The position numbers and the translations under genes were made by a program. From IMG/VR virus record IMGVR_UViG_3300028298_000008, positions 1 through 62,634 of that record: a stretch of DNA of 62,634 bases; one strand, given 5' to 3'. This document shows, piece after piece, positions 1 to 8,652 of the stretch (the stretch's first letter is position 1; every line of letters starts with the position of its first letter). The DNA is from a virus. Lineage: Duplodnaviria > Caudoviricetes. The notes beneath the pieces are model-generated. The model did not search any database. It was not told the DNA's origin and saw nothing but the letters and a program-made list of their open reading frames with translations.

Positions 1-2
1 CT

Positions 3-263
3 GAGAAAGAGACTGAGAAAGAGACTGAGAAAGAACCTGTTGCTGATGCAGATGTAGATGAGCCATCTGATTGCCCTTATGACTTCGTTTTCGGTGTTGA
101 TGTTGATACTTACGATGAATGTGCCGATTGTGGAGTGAACGCCGGCTGCCTGGCCAGATTCGAAGAAATACAAGAAGAAAAAGAAGCTCGAAGAAAAGCC
201 AGGGAAGCGGCCAAGAAGAAGGAAGAACCCGCACAAGGAAGGTCTCGCAGGAGTTCAAGATGA
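3..263 (+). CDS. C-terminal fragment of an acidic protein with a Cys cluster, probably a phage ssDNA-binding protein (truncated by window edge)
   Basis: Open frame from base 3: EKETEKETEKEPVADADVDEPSDCPYDFVFGVDVDTYDECADCGVNAGCLARFEE...SSR*. Its TGA overlaps the recA ATG (ATGA 260-263). The SSB call rests on position and acidity only. Confidence 0.5.
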   Translation, partial: EKETEKETEKEPVADADVDEPSDCPYDFVFGVDVDTYDECADCGVNAGCLARFEEIQEEKEARRKAREAAKKKEEPAQGRSRRSSR

Positions 264-1354
264 CCAGACAAAGAAGTAGAGCTGTTGAGGAAGTGAAAGA
301 CGCCGCTTATGATGAGGAGAAAAGGGTTGACCTTGCCCTCATCAATCGGGAAGTGTGTGTCGATAAGGTAATCTCTACCGGATCGACACTTCTCGATCTC
401 GTTATAAGTGGCGGTAGAAGGCGAGGAGGAGGGATTCCTGGTGGGATAGTTATTGAAGTGTCCGGCAGACCGGCCACTGGAAAGACTGCTCTTCTTGCTG
501 AAATGTGTGCTTCAGCTCAAAGCCGAGGCGGGGAAGCCCGCTTTGGTGACCCTGAAGCCCGCCTCGATCAAGAATATACTCGTACATATGGTGTTAGTTT
601 AGCGGACAATTTTGCCTACTGCCGACCTGATACTGTAGTTGAGTTATTTGATGACATATGGGAATGGTCACCAAGCAACCCTGGAGCAATTAATATCTAT
701 GCTGGTGACTCCTTAGCGGCTTTATCTACAGAAATGGAGATGGAAGAGGAGGACAAACGTGGGCAGAAAAGAGCCAAAGACTTTTCTCAAGAACTGAGAA
801 AATCCTGTCGCATGATTGCCAAGAACAACTGGCTGATTGCCTTTTCTAATCAAGTAAGACAAGGCGATATGGGAGACACTACTCCTGGTGGAATGGCGCT
901 GCCTTTCTATGCCTCTTTGAGAATAAGACTGACTTTTGCGAGACAGAATTCTCAGTTGATTCGAGAAATAAAAATTGGTAAAGAGGAAAAGGAAGAAACC
1001 AAAAAGAGAAGAGGAAAGGAGAAAGAAAAGAAAACAACAGCTTCAGGAGTTTATGGAATCCGAAGCGTGGCAAGGGTAATCAAAAGTTCCATCGACGTTC
1101 CCTTTGGAGAAGCCCCCATAACAATTATATTTGGTTATGGTATAGACTCCATTAGGGATGAACTGCAATATTACAAAGACATGACCGGGGAACCCTCCTA
1201 CAATTGTTTTCATAAAACTTATGTATCAATGGAACAAGCTATTAGTTTCATTGAGGAGCATGATCTTGAGTTGGATCTTAAAGAAAGGACTATCAACCTT
1301 TGGGAAAGAATTCAAAAGGAACTCAAAATAGAACGGAAACCAAAAACCCGATAA
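260..1354 (+). CDS. recA: RecA/UvsX-like recombinase
   Basis: ISTGSTLLDL, Walker A GRPATGKT, DPEARLD, GDSLAAL, FSNQVR, TPGGMALPFYASLRIRL. Start moved to ATG 260 (AGGAG RBS, ATGA overlap). Confidence 0.93.
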   Translation: MTRQRSRAVEEVKDAAYDEEKRVDLALINREVCVDKVISTGSTLLDLVISGGRRRGGGIPGGIVIEVSGRPATGKTALLAEMCASAQSRGGEARFGDPEARLDQEYTRTYGVSLADNFAYCRPDTVVELFDDIWEWSPSNPGAINIYAGDSLAALSTEMEMEEEDKRGQKRAKDFSQELRKSCRMIAKNNWLIAFSNQVRQGDMGDTTPGGMALPFYASLRIRLTFARQNSQLIREIKIGKEEKEETKKRRGKEKEKKTTASGVYGIRSVARVIKSSIDVPFGEAPITIIFGYGIDSIRDELQYYKDMTGEPSYNCFHKTYVSMEQAISFIEEHDLELDLKERTINLWERIQKELKIERKPKTR

Positions 1355-2187
1355 CGATCATCATTGACAGCAATGGGCTTGCTCACAGAGAAGCCCATAA
1401 GCTGGACAATCTTTCTTGGGATGAAAAAAAGACAGGTGTTATCTTCGGTTTCTTGAGGGAAATTCTTCGTTTGAGCAAAGCCTACAAAACTGACAAGTTC
1501 ATTTTTTGTTGGGACTCTCAATTGTCATTGAGAAAAGAAGTTTACCCTGATTACAAAGGCAATAGGAAGAAAAATAAACTCGATCCTTCCATTTATACAC
1601 AGTTTGATACACTAAGAATGGAAGTATTATATGAGATAGGGTTTAATAACATTTTTATTCAGGAAGGATATGAATCAGATGATCTTATTGCCTGGATAGT
1701 TATCCATTATGCAGATGATAAATTTGTGATCGTTACTTCAGATAATGATATGTACCAATTACTATTCGAAAATGAGATTCACATTTATGGTCTGCATACA
1801 AAAAAAGAATTCACAGAAAGGGACTTCGCAATAAAATATGGAATCCTTCCCAACAATTGGGTGGATGTGAAATCTATTGCTGGTTGCAAAACAGATAATG
1901 TGCAAGGAATAGCAGGTGTCGCAGTACTTACCGCAATCAAATATCTAAAAGGTGAGCTAAACAAGACAAGTGCCGCTCACAAAAAGATTGTTTCGGAAGA
2001 TGGGAAGGGTGTTATTAATCGTAATAAAGGATTGGTGCATCTGCCATTAATAGGCACATCTTCTGTTTTGTTACGTGAAGACAATCTCAACATTGATGGG
2101 TTTTTAAATGTGTGCAAACGATACGGATTTTCTTCCTTCTTATATAAAGAAAATCTTTCCAAATGGAAGGAGTTGTTAATGCAATGA
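1300..2187 (+). CDS. 5'-3' exonuclease / flap endonuclease (T5 D15, T4 RNase H, PolI N-terminal family)
   Basis: IIIDSN, FCWDS, RKEVYPDYKGNR, GYESDDLIA, VTSDNDMYQL, H3TH motif AGCKTDNVQGIAGV. Start uncertain. Confidence 0.9.
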   Translation: MGKNSKGTQNRTETKNPITIIIDSNGLAHREAHKLDNLSWDEKKTGVIFGFLREILRLSKAYKTDKFIFCWDSQLSLRKEVYPDYKGNRKKNKLDPSIYTQFDTLRMEVLYEIGFNNIFIQEGYESDDLIAWIVIHYADDKFVIVTSDNDMYQLLFENEIHIYGLHTKKEFTERDFAIKYGILPNNWVDVKSIAGCKTDNVQGIAGVAVLTAIKYLKGELNKTSAAHKKIVSEDGKGVINRNKGLVHLPLIGTSSVLLREDNLNIDGFLNVCKRYGFSSFLYKENLSKWKELLMQ

Positions 2188-3239
2188 TAAAATCCATCCA
2201 CATTCGTAACTTTCAGGCGCATAAGGACACCTTATTAGAACTGCATGACGGAGTTAATGTCATTACTGGTGCAAGCGATAGTGGCAAAAGCTCTATCATT
2301 CGAGCAATTCGTTGGTCTCATGAGAACCGTCCTGCAGGGGACTCATTCAGAAATTGGGACTGTGAGGAAGAAAAGGTTTCTGTAGTGATCACTACGAAGG
2401 ATAATTTAAGAATAAGTAAGTCAAGGAGCAAAACAAACAGCTATACTTTGGGAAGAAAAACATTTGATGTTTTAAAGGCTGAGGTGCCACAAGAAATTCT
2501 CGACGCCTTTGATCTGTCAGAATACAATATACGGTCTCAGCATCAACCTTATTTTCTTTTAAGTGATTCTCCCGGTGAAGTAGCAAGGAAATTAAACGAG
2601 ATTGCTGGACTGGACATCATTGATAAAATTTTCAAGAATTTGAACAGTAAAATACTCGCCTCAAAAAGAGGAGTGGTTTCTCAAACCGAGACAATTAAAA
2701 CACTCACGGAGGACATTGACAAGCTCTCGTATATCGACGCTGCTGACGCTGACCTATCAATTATTGAGTCTTTGCTTGTAAAAAGAGAGAAAATGCAAAA
2801 GAGAGTCGGTTCTGTAAGGAATTTAATAGAAAATATCATAGCTGTCAACGAAGAAATTGACAGATCAAAGACGTTAAGAGGTCTTGAAAAGCAAGCTAAA
2901 GAACTGAAGGAGCAAATAGCTGACCAAAGCAGCAGGAAAGGGAAACTTACCACAATAAAAACCCTTGTATCCAATATATCGACAATACGAGAAGATTTAC
3001 AGACGGAATTAAACTGGTTGGAGATAGAGAAAGAGATCGCTCCTTTAAGGAAAAGAATTTCTGAGAGGAATACCAGAAAGTTAAATACAGACAAATTAAA
3101 AATCTTGCTTAAAGAAATACAGGATATTCGGAGGCAGATAATTATCCAAGAAGGAACATTCCTTGCTTTAAAAGCAGATAAAGAAGCTTTTATGAAAAAA
3201 CATAAGGTGTGCCCGTTATGCGGAGGGAAATTCAAATGA
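2184..3239 (+). CDS. Rad50/SbcC-like ATPase, N-terminal half (Walker A, coiled coil, zinc hook)
   Basis: IHIRNFQAH, Walker A GASDSGKSS, Q-loop SQHQP, coiled coil, ends at CPLCGG. No Walker B. Confidence 0.88.
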   Translation: MIKSIHIRNFQAHKDTLLELHDGVNVITGASDSGKSSIIRAIRWSHENRPAGDSFRNWDCEEEKVSVVITTKDNLRISKSRSKTNSYTLGRKTFDVLKAEVPQEILDAFDLSEYNIRSQHQPYFLLSDSPGEVARKLNEIAGLDIIDKIFKNLNSKILASKRGVVSQTETIKTLTEDIDKLSYIDAADADLSIIESLLVKREKMQKRVGSVRNLIENIIAVNEEIDRSKTLRGLEKQAKELKEQIADQSSRKGKLTTIKTLVSNISTIREDLQTELNWLEIEKEIAPLRKRISERNTRKLNTDKLKILLKEIQDIRRQIIIQEGTFLALKADKEAFMKKHKVCPLCGGKFK

Positions 3240-4129
3240 AATTGTTGATAGCAGGTGATCTTCATTTATCAGAGAAACGCCCCGAACACCGAATCGATGG
3301 CTATGCAGAAACAGTTATTAACAAATTTCTATATATTCTCAACTGTGCGGAAAAAGAAGCGGACCTCATTTTATTCCCCGGAGATTTCTTCGATTCCCCA
3401 AACCCTTCTTATTCCTTCTATACAAAGGTGGTTTCTTGCGTGGGATGCTTTGCAACTCCCATTATCATCGTTTTCGGTCAGCATGATCTTCGTTTCAGAA
3501 ACCCTGACAACACTGCCCTCAAAGCATTGGCAAAGTCATTCCCCAATCGCATCTTCCTTCTTGAAAACAATAATCAACAATTGTTTCACAGCCAAGTAAT
3601 GATTTATGGAGCTGGTTTTAATGAAGAAGTCCCTGAGCCAGATAAAGAGCGTTTTGATGTTCTTCTCACCCACCGTATGATTATTGATGAGAAGTTGTGG
3701 GATGATCAAACTGATTACTCCTGGGGGAATCACTTCCTCAGAAAGCATAAATTTGATCTCATAATAAGTGGAGACAATCATAAAAACTTTTCCTGTCTTC
3801 ATGGTGAGCGAATGTTATTCAATTGTGGTTCCATGATGCGATCATCGATTACTCAAATGGAGCACCATCCTTCAATAGTCCTTCTTGATACAGGGACGAT
3901 GCTTTTTAATACAATTCCAATACCGATTCAGCCTCCAGAAGAAGTATTTGAAATGGAGCGGGTTATGAAAGAAAAAGAACGAGACGAAAAGATAACAGCC
4001 TTTATCAGTGGTTTGTCTGATCAGAAAGAAATAGGTCTTTCATTTGAGTCCAATCTGAATGCCCATTTCAGAGAAAATAAAACAAAACAAGAAATCATTG
4101 ACATTATTGAGGAGTGCAAAAATGAATAA
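3236..4129 (+). CDS. Mre11/SbcD-like metallophosphoesterase nuclease
   Basis: GDLH, GDFFD, GQHD, LTH, SGDNH, NCGS motifs. ATGA overlap with the upstream gene. Confidence 0.9.
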   Translation: MKLLIAGDLHLSEKRPEHRIDGYAETVINKFLYILNCAEKEADLILFPGDFFDSPNPSYSFYTKVVSCVGCFATPIIIVFGQHDLRFRNPDNTALKALAKSFPNRIFLLENNNQQLFHSQVMIYGAGFNEEVPEPDKERFDVLLTHRMIIDEKLWDDQTDYSWGNHFLRKHKFDLIISGDNHKNFSCLHGERMLFNCGSMMRSSITQMEHHPSIVLLDTGTMLFNTIPIPIQPPEEVFEMERVMKEKERDEKITAFISGLSDQKEIGLSFESNLNAHFRENKTKQEIIDIIEECKNE

Positions 4130-4361
4130 TATTACAAAGGAGCTAACCAACCTTATCGAACAAGTGGATGAAGCAAAGCAAAAAGTTTCTGTTCTTCGAG
4201 GAAGGGAAGAGGAAAGTCTGAAAAGATTAAAGGAGGAACTCGGCTCCGACTCAGTTGAAAAAGCCAGCAAGTGGCTCGGTAAGGAAGAAACAGACATTGA
4301 AAAGATTGATAAGGATATTACACAGAAATTCGAGGAGCTGAAGGAGAATTATGCATGGTAA
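4122..4361 (+). CDS. small coiled-coil protein within the Mre11-Rad50 locus
   Basis: 79 aa with heptad-like K/E/L pattern, GGAG RBS, overlaps both neighbours. Confidence 0.7.
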   Translation: MNNITKELTNLIEQVDEAKQKVSVLRGREEESLKRLKEELGSDSVEKASKWLGKEETDIEKIDKDITQKFEELKENYAW

Positions 4362-4987
4362 GAAGCTCGGACTTGGAGATGCTCCGAAAACATATTGAGA
4401 GGAAGAAGGGGGAGCAAAGCCTCTTGCTCTCTCAAAAGAAAGAGGCTGAAAAGAAGAAAACCTCTCTCGAAGAATACTATGAAAATACTTTAAATGCCCG
4501 AATAGTGGTTCAACTTGTTGCGGAGGGCACTCAGAAGCATCTCGAATACCAAATCAGCTCCCTTGTTTCTGCGGCACTCGCATCTGTCTTCCCTGACCCA
4601 TATACATTTGAGCTACGTTTTGTGCAGAGAAGGAATAAAACAGAAGCGGACATGATCTTCATTAAGAATGGAAATGAAACTGATGACATCCTTAATTCAG
4701 GTGGGGGTGGAGTTGCTGATATATCAGCAAATATCTCTCTACCATTTGCTCTTTGGTCCATAAAGAAAACAAGACCTTTCTTTCTTATTGATGAACCAAC
4801 TAAATATCTGCACAATCCTCTTTATCAAGAGAAGGCTTCCGCAATGATAAAAGAAGTGTCTAAACAACTTAGGATACAAATTCTAATGGTGTCTGATCAA
4901 GACAGTATTATCAAATCCGCAGACAGAGTATTTGTGTGTGAGAATAAAAAAGGGGTTGCTTATGTCACCCAAAAGGAGAATTTGTAA
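4355..4987 (+). CDS. Rad50/SbcC-like ATPase, C-terminal half (ABC signature, Walker B)
   Basis: Coiled coil followed by signature-like NSGGGG, Walker B FLIDEP, LMVSDQ, ADRVF. Confidence 0.85.
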   Translation: MVRSSDLEMLRKHIERKKGEQSLLLSQKKEAEKKKTSLEEYYENTLNARIVVQLVAEGTQKHLEYQISSLVSAALASVFPDPYTFELRFVQRRNKTEADMIFIKNGNETDDILNSGGGGVADISANISLPFALWSIKKTRPFFLIDEPTKYLHNPLYQEKASAMIKEVSKQLRIQILMVSDQDSIIKSADRVFVCENKKGVAYVTQKENL

Positions 4988-5319
4988 TGGTTGTCAAACA
5001 AGTCATTCGGAATAAAAGACAAGGGAGAGCTGTTCAAAGCAAGATGGCTAAAAGACTTGGTGGAAAATCTGTCGGGACAATTGAAGGTCAGGATATTGAG
5101 CATTCTGTATTCTCAGTGGAAGTAAAACACCGCAAGAAATTTGTGGGCAACACCTTTATGAATCAAGCTGTAAAGAACTGCCCGAAAGGCAAAGTCCCTC
5201 TTGTCATTGTACATGAACTCAATCAGCGATTTGATAAGTCCCTGGTAATGATACGTCTCAAGGATTGGGAGGATTGGTATGGTAAATTTGAAATAAAGGA
5301 GGAAAAGAAAGATGTCTAA
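4987..5319 (+). CDS. PD-(D/E)XK nuclease, putative Holliday junction resolvase
   Basis: GQDI...VEVKHRK, QA...PLVIVH pattern; sits at the end of the recombination operon. Confidence 0.7.
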   Translation: MVVKQVIRNKRQGRAVQSKMAKRLGGKSVGTIEGQDIEHSVFSVEVKHRKKFVGNTFMNQAVKNCPKGKVPLVIVHELNQRFDKSLVMIRLKDWEDWYGKFEIKEEKKDV

Positions 5320-5602
5320 AGATGAGATACAGCCCGCAAGTAAAGAAGAAGTGCTTTACAGAGCACATCAAGAAAGATATATCGGACTGGAACAGGCGGG
5401 AGAAATCAAAGTCTTCATCGAGGGCTGGAGAACGAGATTTGCCAAACTTCAAAACTGGATATTGATTATCTTCTTGCTGGGCATACTTACAGGAGGAACC
5501 ATTTCTTATTATGTGTTCCAAGCAGAACTCAATAAAGCTACCCGTATTGGTGGTATGATCATCAACGATTTACCTTACAATGTGACGAAGAGGTTGTTGT
5601 AA
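5312..5602 (+). CDS. single-pass membrane protein
   Basis: Hydrophobic segment WILIIFLLGILTGGTISYYVF; AGGAGG RBS. Confidence 0.65.
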   Translation: MSKDEIQPASKEEVLYRAHQERYIGLEQAGEIKVFIEGWRTRFAKLQNWILIIFLLGILTGGTISYYVFQAELNKATRIGGMIINDLPYNVTKRLL

Positions 5603-5606
5603 AGAT

Positions 5607-6053
5607 ATGAAGAAACTTAAAACACCAGATTTGAAAGTTAAGACGTATCCTCACAAAGTCATATACTTTTGTGATCCGATGCACACTTTAGGTATTAAAA
5701 CAGACAAAGAGGAATACAAAAAGATGGTTGCATTTCCTCTTGAAACAGCCGGTATCAAATTCAAGAATGTGAAATGCACAATTGACTCCAGTGTGCTGGA
5801 GGAAATGTGTGATGTTTTCTTTTTTGATTGGGGAGGAATGTCTCTTGGAAATTCCTGCCTTGAAGGATTTTCAAGAGAAATCAGAAGGCTGGCAGAGGAT
5901 AGACCGAATACCTATTATGTTATGACCTCCGCTTTTACAAGACAAGCAATGGAAGATGCAATTGAAGATTTCGGAACAGACAGGCCTGTAAATCTATTTC
6001 TTGATCTTGACGACTTTATTTCCTTTTTCAAGAAAATGGAAGGTAGTGCATGA
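5607..6053 (+). CDS. hypothetical protein, possible receiver (CheY-like) fold
   Basis: VIYFCD, DVFFFDWGGM and YYVMTS resemble receiver beta1, beta3-Asp and beta4-Thr/Ser. Confidence 0.45.
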   Translation: MKKLKTPDLKVKTYPHKVIYFCDPMHTLGIKTDKEEYKKMVAFPLETAGIKFKNVKCTIDSSVLEEMCDVFFFDWGGMSLGNSCLEGFSREIRRLAEDRPNTYYVMTSAFTRQAMEDAIEDFGTDRPVNLFLDLDDFISFFKKMEGSA

Positions 6054-6313
6054 AACGTAAACGAAAACTCGATCCAAAAATAATCCGTGTCGGTGATCAG
6101 GTCAAAATCATCATTCCTGATTTCTTTGAAGCCTGTCGTTATGATAATAACATCATAACAAAGACTGAAGAGGTAGTAGAACAGCATGGCAAGGAAATTC
6201 GGGACTTCATACATAAAATGACAGTTGGTGGGTCAGTGCCAGTGTTGTTTGGTTATCTTATACCAATGAGTGTAAAGAGTGAAAATTATCCTTACAAAAA
6301 GGAGGAGAAATGA
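6050..6313 (+). CDS. hypothetical protein
   Basis: ATGA overlaps on both sides. Confidence 0.6.
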   Translation: MKRKRKLDPKIIRVGDQVKIIIPDFFEACRYDNNIITKTEEVVEQHGKEIRDFIHKMTVGGSVPVLFGYLIPMSVKSENYPYKKEEK

Positions 6314-6528
6314 ACCGACAAGAACATTTAGAATGTTGTAAAAAAAGAGCATTGGAATACGTAGACCGAGGTTGTGTGCAAGAGGCTTTTGCTTCAATGG
6401 CATCTGATCTTAGAAAACATCCTGAGACAGAAAAACATTCTGGAATAGAATTGGGTTTAATGCATTTGCTGTTTGGAACAATTAAAACTCCAGAACAAAT
6501 GCGTAAATTCATAGAAGGGTTTAGATGA
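6310..6528 (+). CDS. hypothetical phage protein
   Basis: AGGAG RBS, ATGA overlap. Confidence 0.7.
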   Translation: MNRQEHLECCKKRALEYVDRGCVQEAFASMASDLRKHPETEKHSGIELGLMHLLFGTIKTPEQMRKFIEGFR

Positions 6529-6616
6529 CTGATTTAAAGAGAGCAATGTAAGGATTCTGGCATCAAAGTGATGAAGAATTATGGATTGAAGCAAAGAATG
6601 TGGAGAAGGTGATAAT

Positions 6617-6811
6617 ATGAGAAATTGCAATGTGAATAATTGTGATGAGCCAGGAATTATTGATAATTGCTGTTATGATCATGCTATAATATGCAGGTCA
6701 TGTCAAGATAACCCTGCTCATCCCGAAGTAGGATTATGTGCAGAATGTTTGGAGGAGGCTAAAAATGAAAACAACAAAACTTCTGATAACAACGGTTTTG
6801 ATCGTCCTTAA
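6617..6811 (+). CDS. small Cys-rich (Zn-binding) protein
   Basis: CNVNNC, CC, CRSC, CAEC; AGGTG RBS. Confidence 0.55.
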   Translation: MRNCNVNNCDEPGIIDNCCYDHAIICRSCQDNPAHPEVGLCAECLEEAKNENNKTSDNNGFDRP

Positions 6812-7256
6812 TCTGGCGATCTTGTTTCAGACAAATAGACTGGCGATTGCTATTGCAACAAATGAACCTGATCAGAGAATTGAGCAATGCCTTGAAAGAG
6901 TAGGTGTTCCAGAAGGAAGAACGGAGAGGATTGCAGAAGGTGTTCGTCTTGCCGCAAATCACCATGATCTATCACCGGAATTTCTCATAGCATTGGCCTT
7001 TACTGAATCAAGTTTCAAAGAGAGAGCAATCTCCTCTAAGAATTATAAAGGTTATTTGCAGATACCTCATGCTTTATGGGAACCTGCTGAGAACTTTCTT
7101 GTTGGTGCACGTATCATGAAAGAAAAATTAGAGATGGCAAGAGGAAATGTCAGAAAGGCTATCATTCTATACAAAGGTTGGCCTGTAGATAGTCCAAGAG
7201 GAATTTACGAAGCAAACAAAGTCCTCCGACTTTATAATCGGTTGTTGAAGGCATAA
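6765..7256 (+). CDS. SLT-family lytic transglycosylase with N-terminal hydrophobic anchor
   Basis: LIALAFTESSF (catalytic Glu), AISSKNYKGYLQI, AIILYKG; N-terminal LLITTVLIVLNLAILF; GGAGG RBS. Confidence 0.82.
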   Translation: MKTTKLLITTVLIVLNLAILFQTNRLAIAIATNEPDQRIEQCLERVGVPEGRTERIAEGVRLAANHHDLSPEFLIALAFTESSFKERAISSKNYKGYLQIPHALWEPAENFLVGARIMKEKLEMARGNVRKAIILYKGWPVDSPRGIYEANKVLRLYNRLLKA

Positions 7257-7262
7257 TATTAT

Positions 7263-7381
7263 GGCGGGGATAGCTGAAGAGTATAGATGCTATAGGCAGA
7301 TTTAAGGGATACGGTGCTCGGCCAACAGTTCTGTTAAGGAAGTGAAAATCCCATGCAGGTATCGAATCCTGCTCCCCGCCA
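7263..7381 (+). tRNA. tRNA-like element / atypical or pseudo-tRNA, anticodon not assignable
   Basis: Acceptor stem GGCGGGGA(7263-7270)/TCCCCGCC(7373-7380), T-arm GCAGG-TATCGAAT-CCTGC and a Leu-like D region. The central region is 64 nt and has no canonical anticodon arm. Confidence 0.55.
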
Positions 7382-7412
7382 CCTTTAATGAACAGTAGAA
7401 AGTGAGGAAGTA

Positions 7413-7604
7413 ATGAAGGTGCATTATTTTGAACAGGAAGAACCAGATCGGGATGATATATTTCTGAAGATGGCAAAAGGACAGGGATACGTTCCTGAAG
7501 CGTGTAAACTTGGCGGCCAAACTGTTATGGGATTAGTAAATAAAGGAGTCGATCCCTGTAATGGATGTAATTGTCCGCGAGAAAAATGTGGAGGGCGTAA
7601 ATGA
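7413..7604 (+). CDS. small Cys-containing hypothetical protein
   Basis: GAGG RBS; DPCNGCNCPREKC. Confidence 0.65.
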   Translation: MKVHYFEQEEPDRDDIFLKMAKGQGYVPEACKLGGQTVMGLVNKGVDPCNGCNCPREKCGGRK

Positions 7605-7665
7605 AAGAAGAACTTAAAATCCTGTCCAGATCAAAGGTGCAGAGGTTTATTAATCGGAGAGGACC

Positions 7666-7836
7666 ATGAGTAAATTTAAACCATTAAAGTATTGTGCGAA
7701 CGGAGACGGCAATCCAGTTTGTCCGCCATCAAAAGTTATCTGCCGCAAATGCCTCGATAAAATATCATCTACCCTTCAAGAGATGGTTGACGAAATGAGG
7801 CACGAGAGGGAGGCAAACCAGGAAAGCCATGACTAA
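7666..7836 (+). CDS. small Cys-containing hypothetical protein (56 aa, not in ORF track)
   Basis: GAGG RBS; MSKFKPLKYCANGDGNPVCPPSKVICRKCLD...; overlaps the next gene. Confidence 0.55.
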   Translation: MSKFKPLKYCANGDGNPVCPPSKVICRKCLDKISSTLQEMVDEMRHEREANQESHD

Positions 7837-8092
7837 AAAAGAGCTTCAAAAATCACGCGATTATCTGCTTCAAGATCGGCAACATATGTTGCATTGCTTG
7901 GGGATCATAAGAACAATTCTTATCCCTAACTGTAAACATGATGGAGTTGCTCCAGAAGCTGTTGTTGCTGCCGTTTTGAGAGCAGAAGAGATAGGAAACA
8001 TAAAGCCTTTTACTGAACTCCAGATAAGGGAGTGGCAACAAAGTATAGGTCAAGAAATTATCAAAAACATTGCGGAGGCAATCCATGAATAA
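7829..8092 (+). CDS. hypothetical protein
   Basis: ORF in a tightly packed co-directional array. Confidence 0.6.
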   Translation: MTKKELQKSRDYLLQDRQHMLHCLGIIRTILIPNCKHDGVAPEAVVAAVLRAEEIGNIKPFTELQIREWQQSIGQEIIKNIAEAIHE

Positions 8093-8459
8093 ACACACCG
8101 ACCTTGAATTGACGCGCATATGCTCGGAGTGGTTGGGTTGGAAAAGGGGATTTGGCACCCTGCGTATTGGAGGAAAAGATTTTAGCGATAAATACTGGTG
8201 GGACAAAAATAAAAAGATTGTCGCTGCTTTTGATCCCCTCTACAATGACAATGACCTATGGAAAAGGGTTATCCCAAAATTGCCCAAAAGATACGTCGTT
8301 TGCATTTGCGGCGGAACATATGACCTATACGATTCGGAAAGCAAATGCCCGATACCGTCAAGGGGCGATGTGAGCAACCTCCCCCGCGCCATTCTTGAGC
8401 TTGTGGCGGAGATTGCAGAAAAGGAGGCGAAAGATGAAAATCATCCAAAAGATTCTTGA
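8085..8459 (+). CDS. hypothetical phage protein (NinX / ABA-sandwich-like)
   Basis: GGAGG RBS; EWLGW...FDPLYNDNDLW...LPRAI pattern. Confidence 0.55.
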   Translation: MNKHTDLELTRICSEWLGWKRGFGTLRIGGKDFSDKYWWDKNKKIVAAFDPLYNDNDLWKRVIPKLPKRYVVCICGGTYDLYDSESKCPIPSRGDVSNLPRAILELVAEIAEKEAKDENHPKDS

Positions 8460-8607
8460 AAAACTCTTGCCCATCAAGCAGATTCCTTTATGGGCAAGAT
8501 ATGGATCGGTTTATAAAGGAAATATGCATCAGCCAAGACAGATGTTCTCGTTTGATCCACAGGAGAGGTTTAGTCATATTCAATTCGAGGAGAGATCAAT
8601 AAAATAA
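8434..8607 (+). CDS. hypothetical protein
   Basis: AGGAGG RBS before ATG 8434. Confidence 0.5.
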   Translation: MKIIQKILEKLLPIKQIPLWARYGSVYKGNMHQPRQMFSFDPQERFSHIQFEERSIK

Positions 8608-8652
8608 GATTGACAGTAATTGTTACATAGGACAGTTACATGGAGGATGGGC

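Noticed and set aside
1-35. 12-bp tandem repeat CTGAGAAAGAGA
   Set aside because: It encodes ETEK repeats in a low-complexity protein linker; there are no spacers, so it is not CRISPR or regulatory.
119-259. N-terminal 47-aa extension of RecA in the ORF track
   Set aside because: It overlaps the upstream gene in another frame; the RBS and ATGA coupling support a start at 260.
2681-3265. 194-aa minus-strand hydrophobic ORF
   Set aside because: Antisense shadow of the Lys/Glu-rich Rad50 coiled coil. The same applies to the other short opposite-strand ORFs in the track.
8610-8640. TTGACA and short repeats (GACAGT, GTTACAT) upstream of the DUF4326 gene
   Set aside because: No acceptable -10 hexamer at 16-18 bp spacing; too weak to call.
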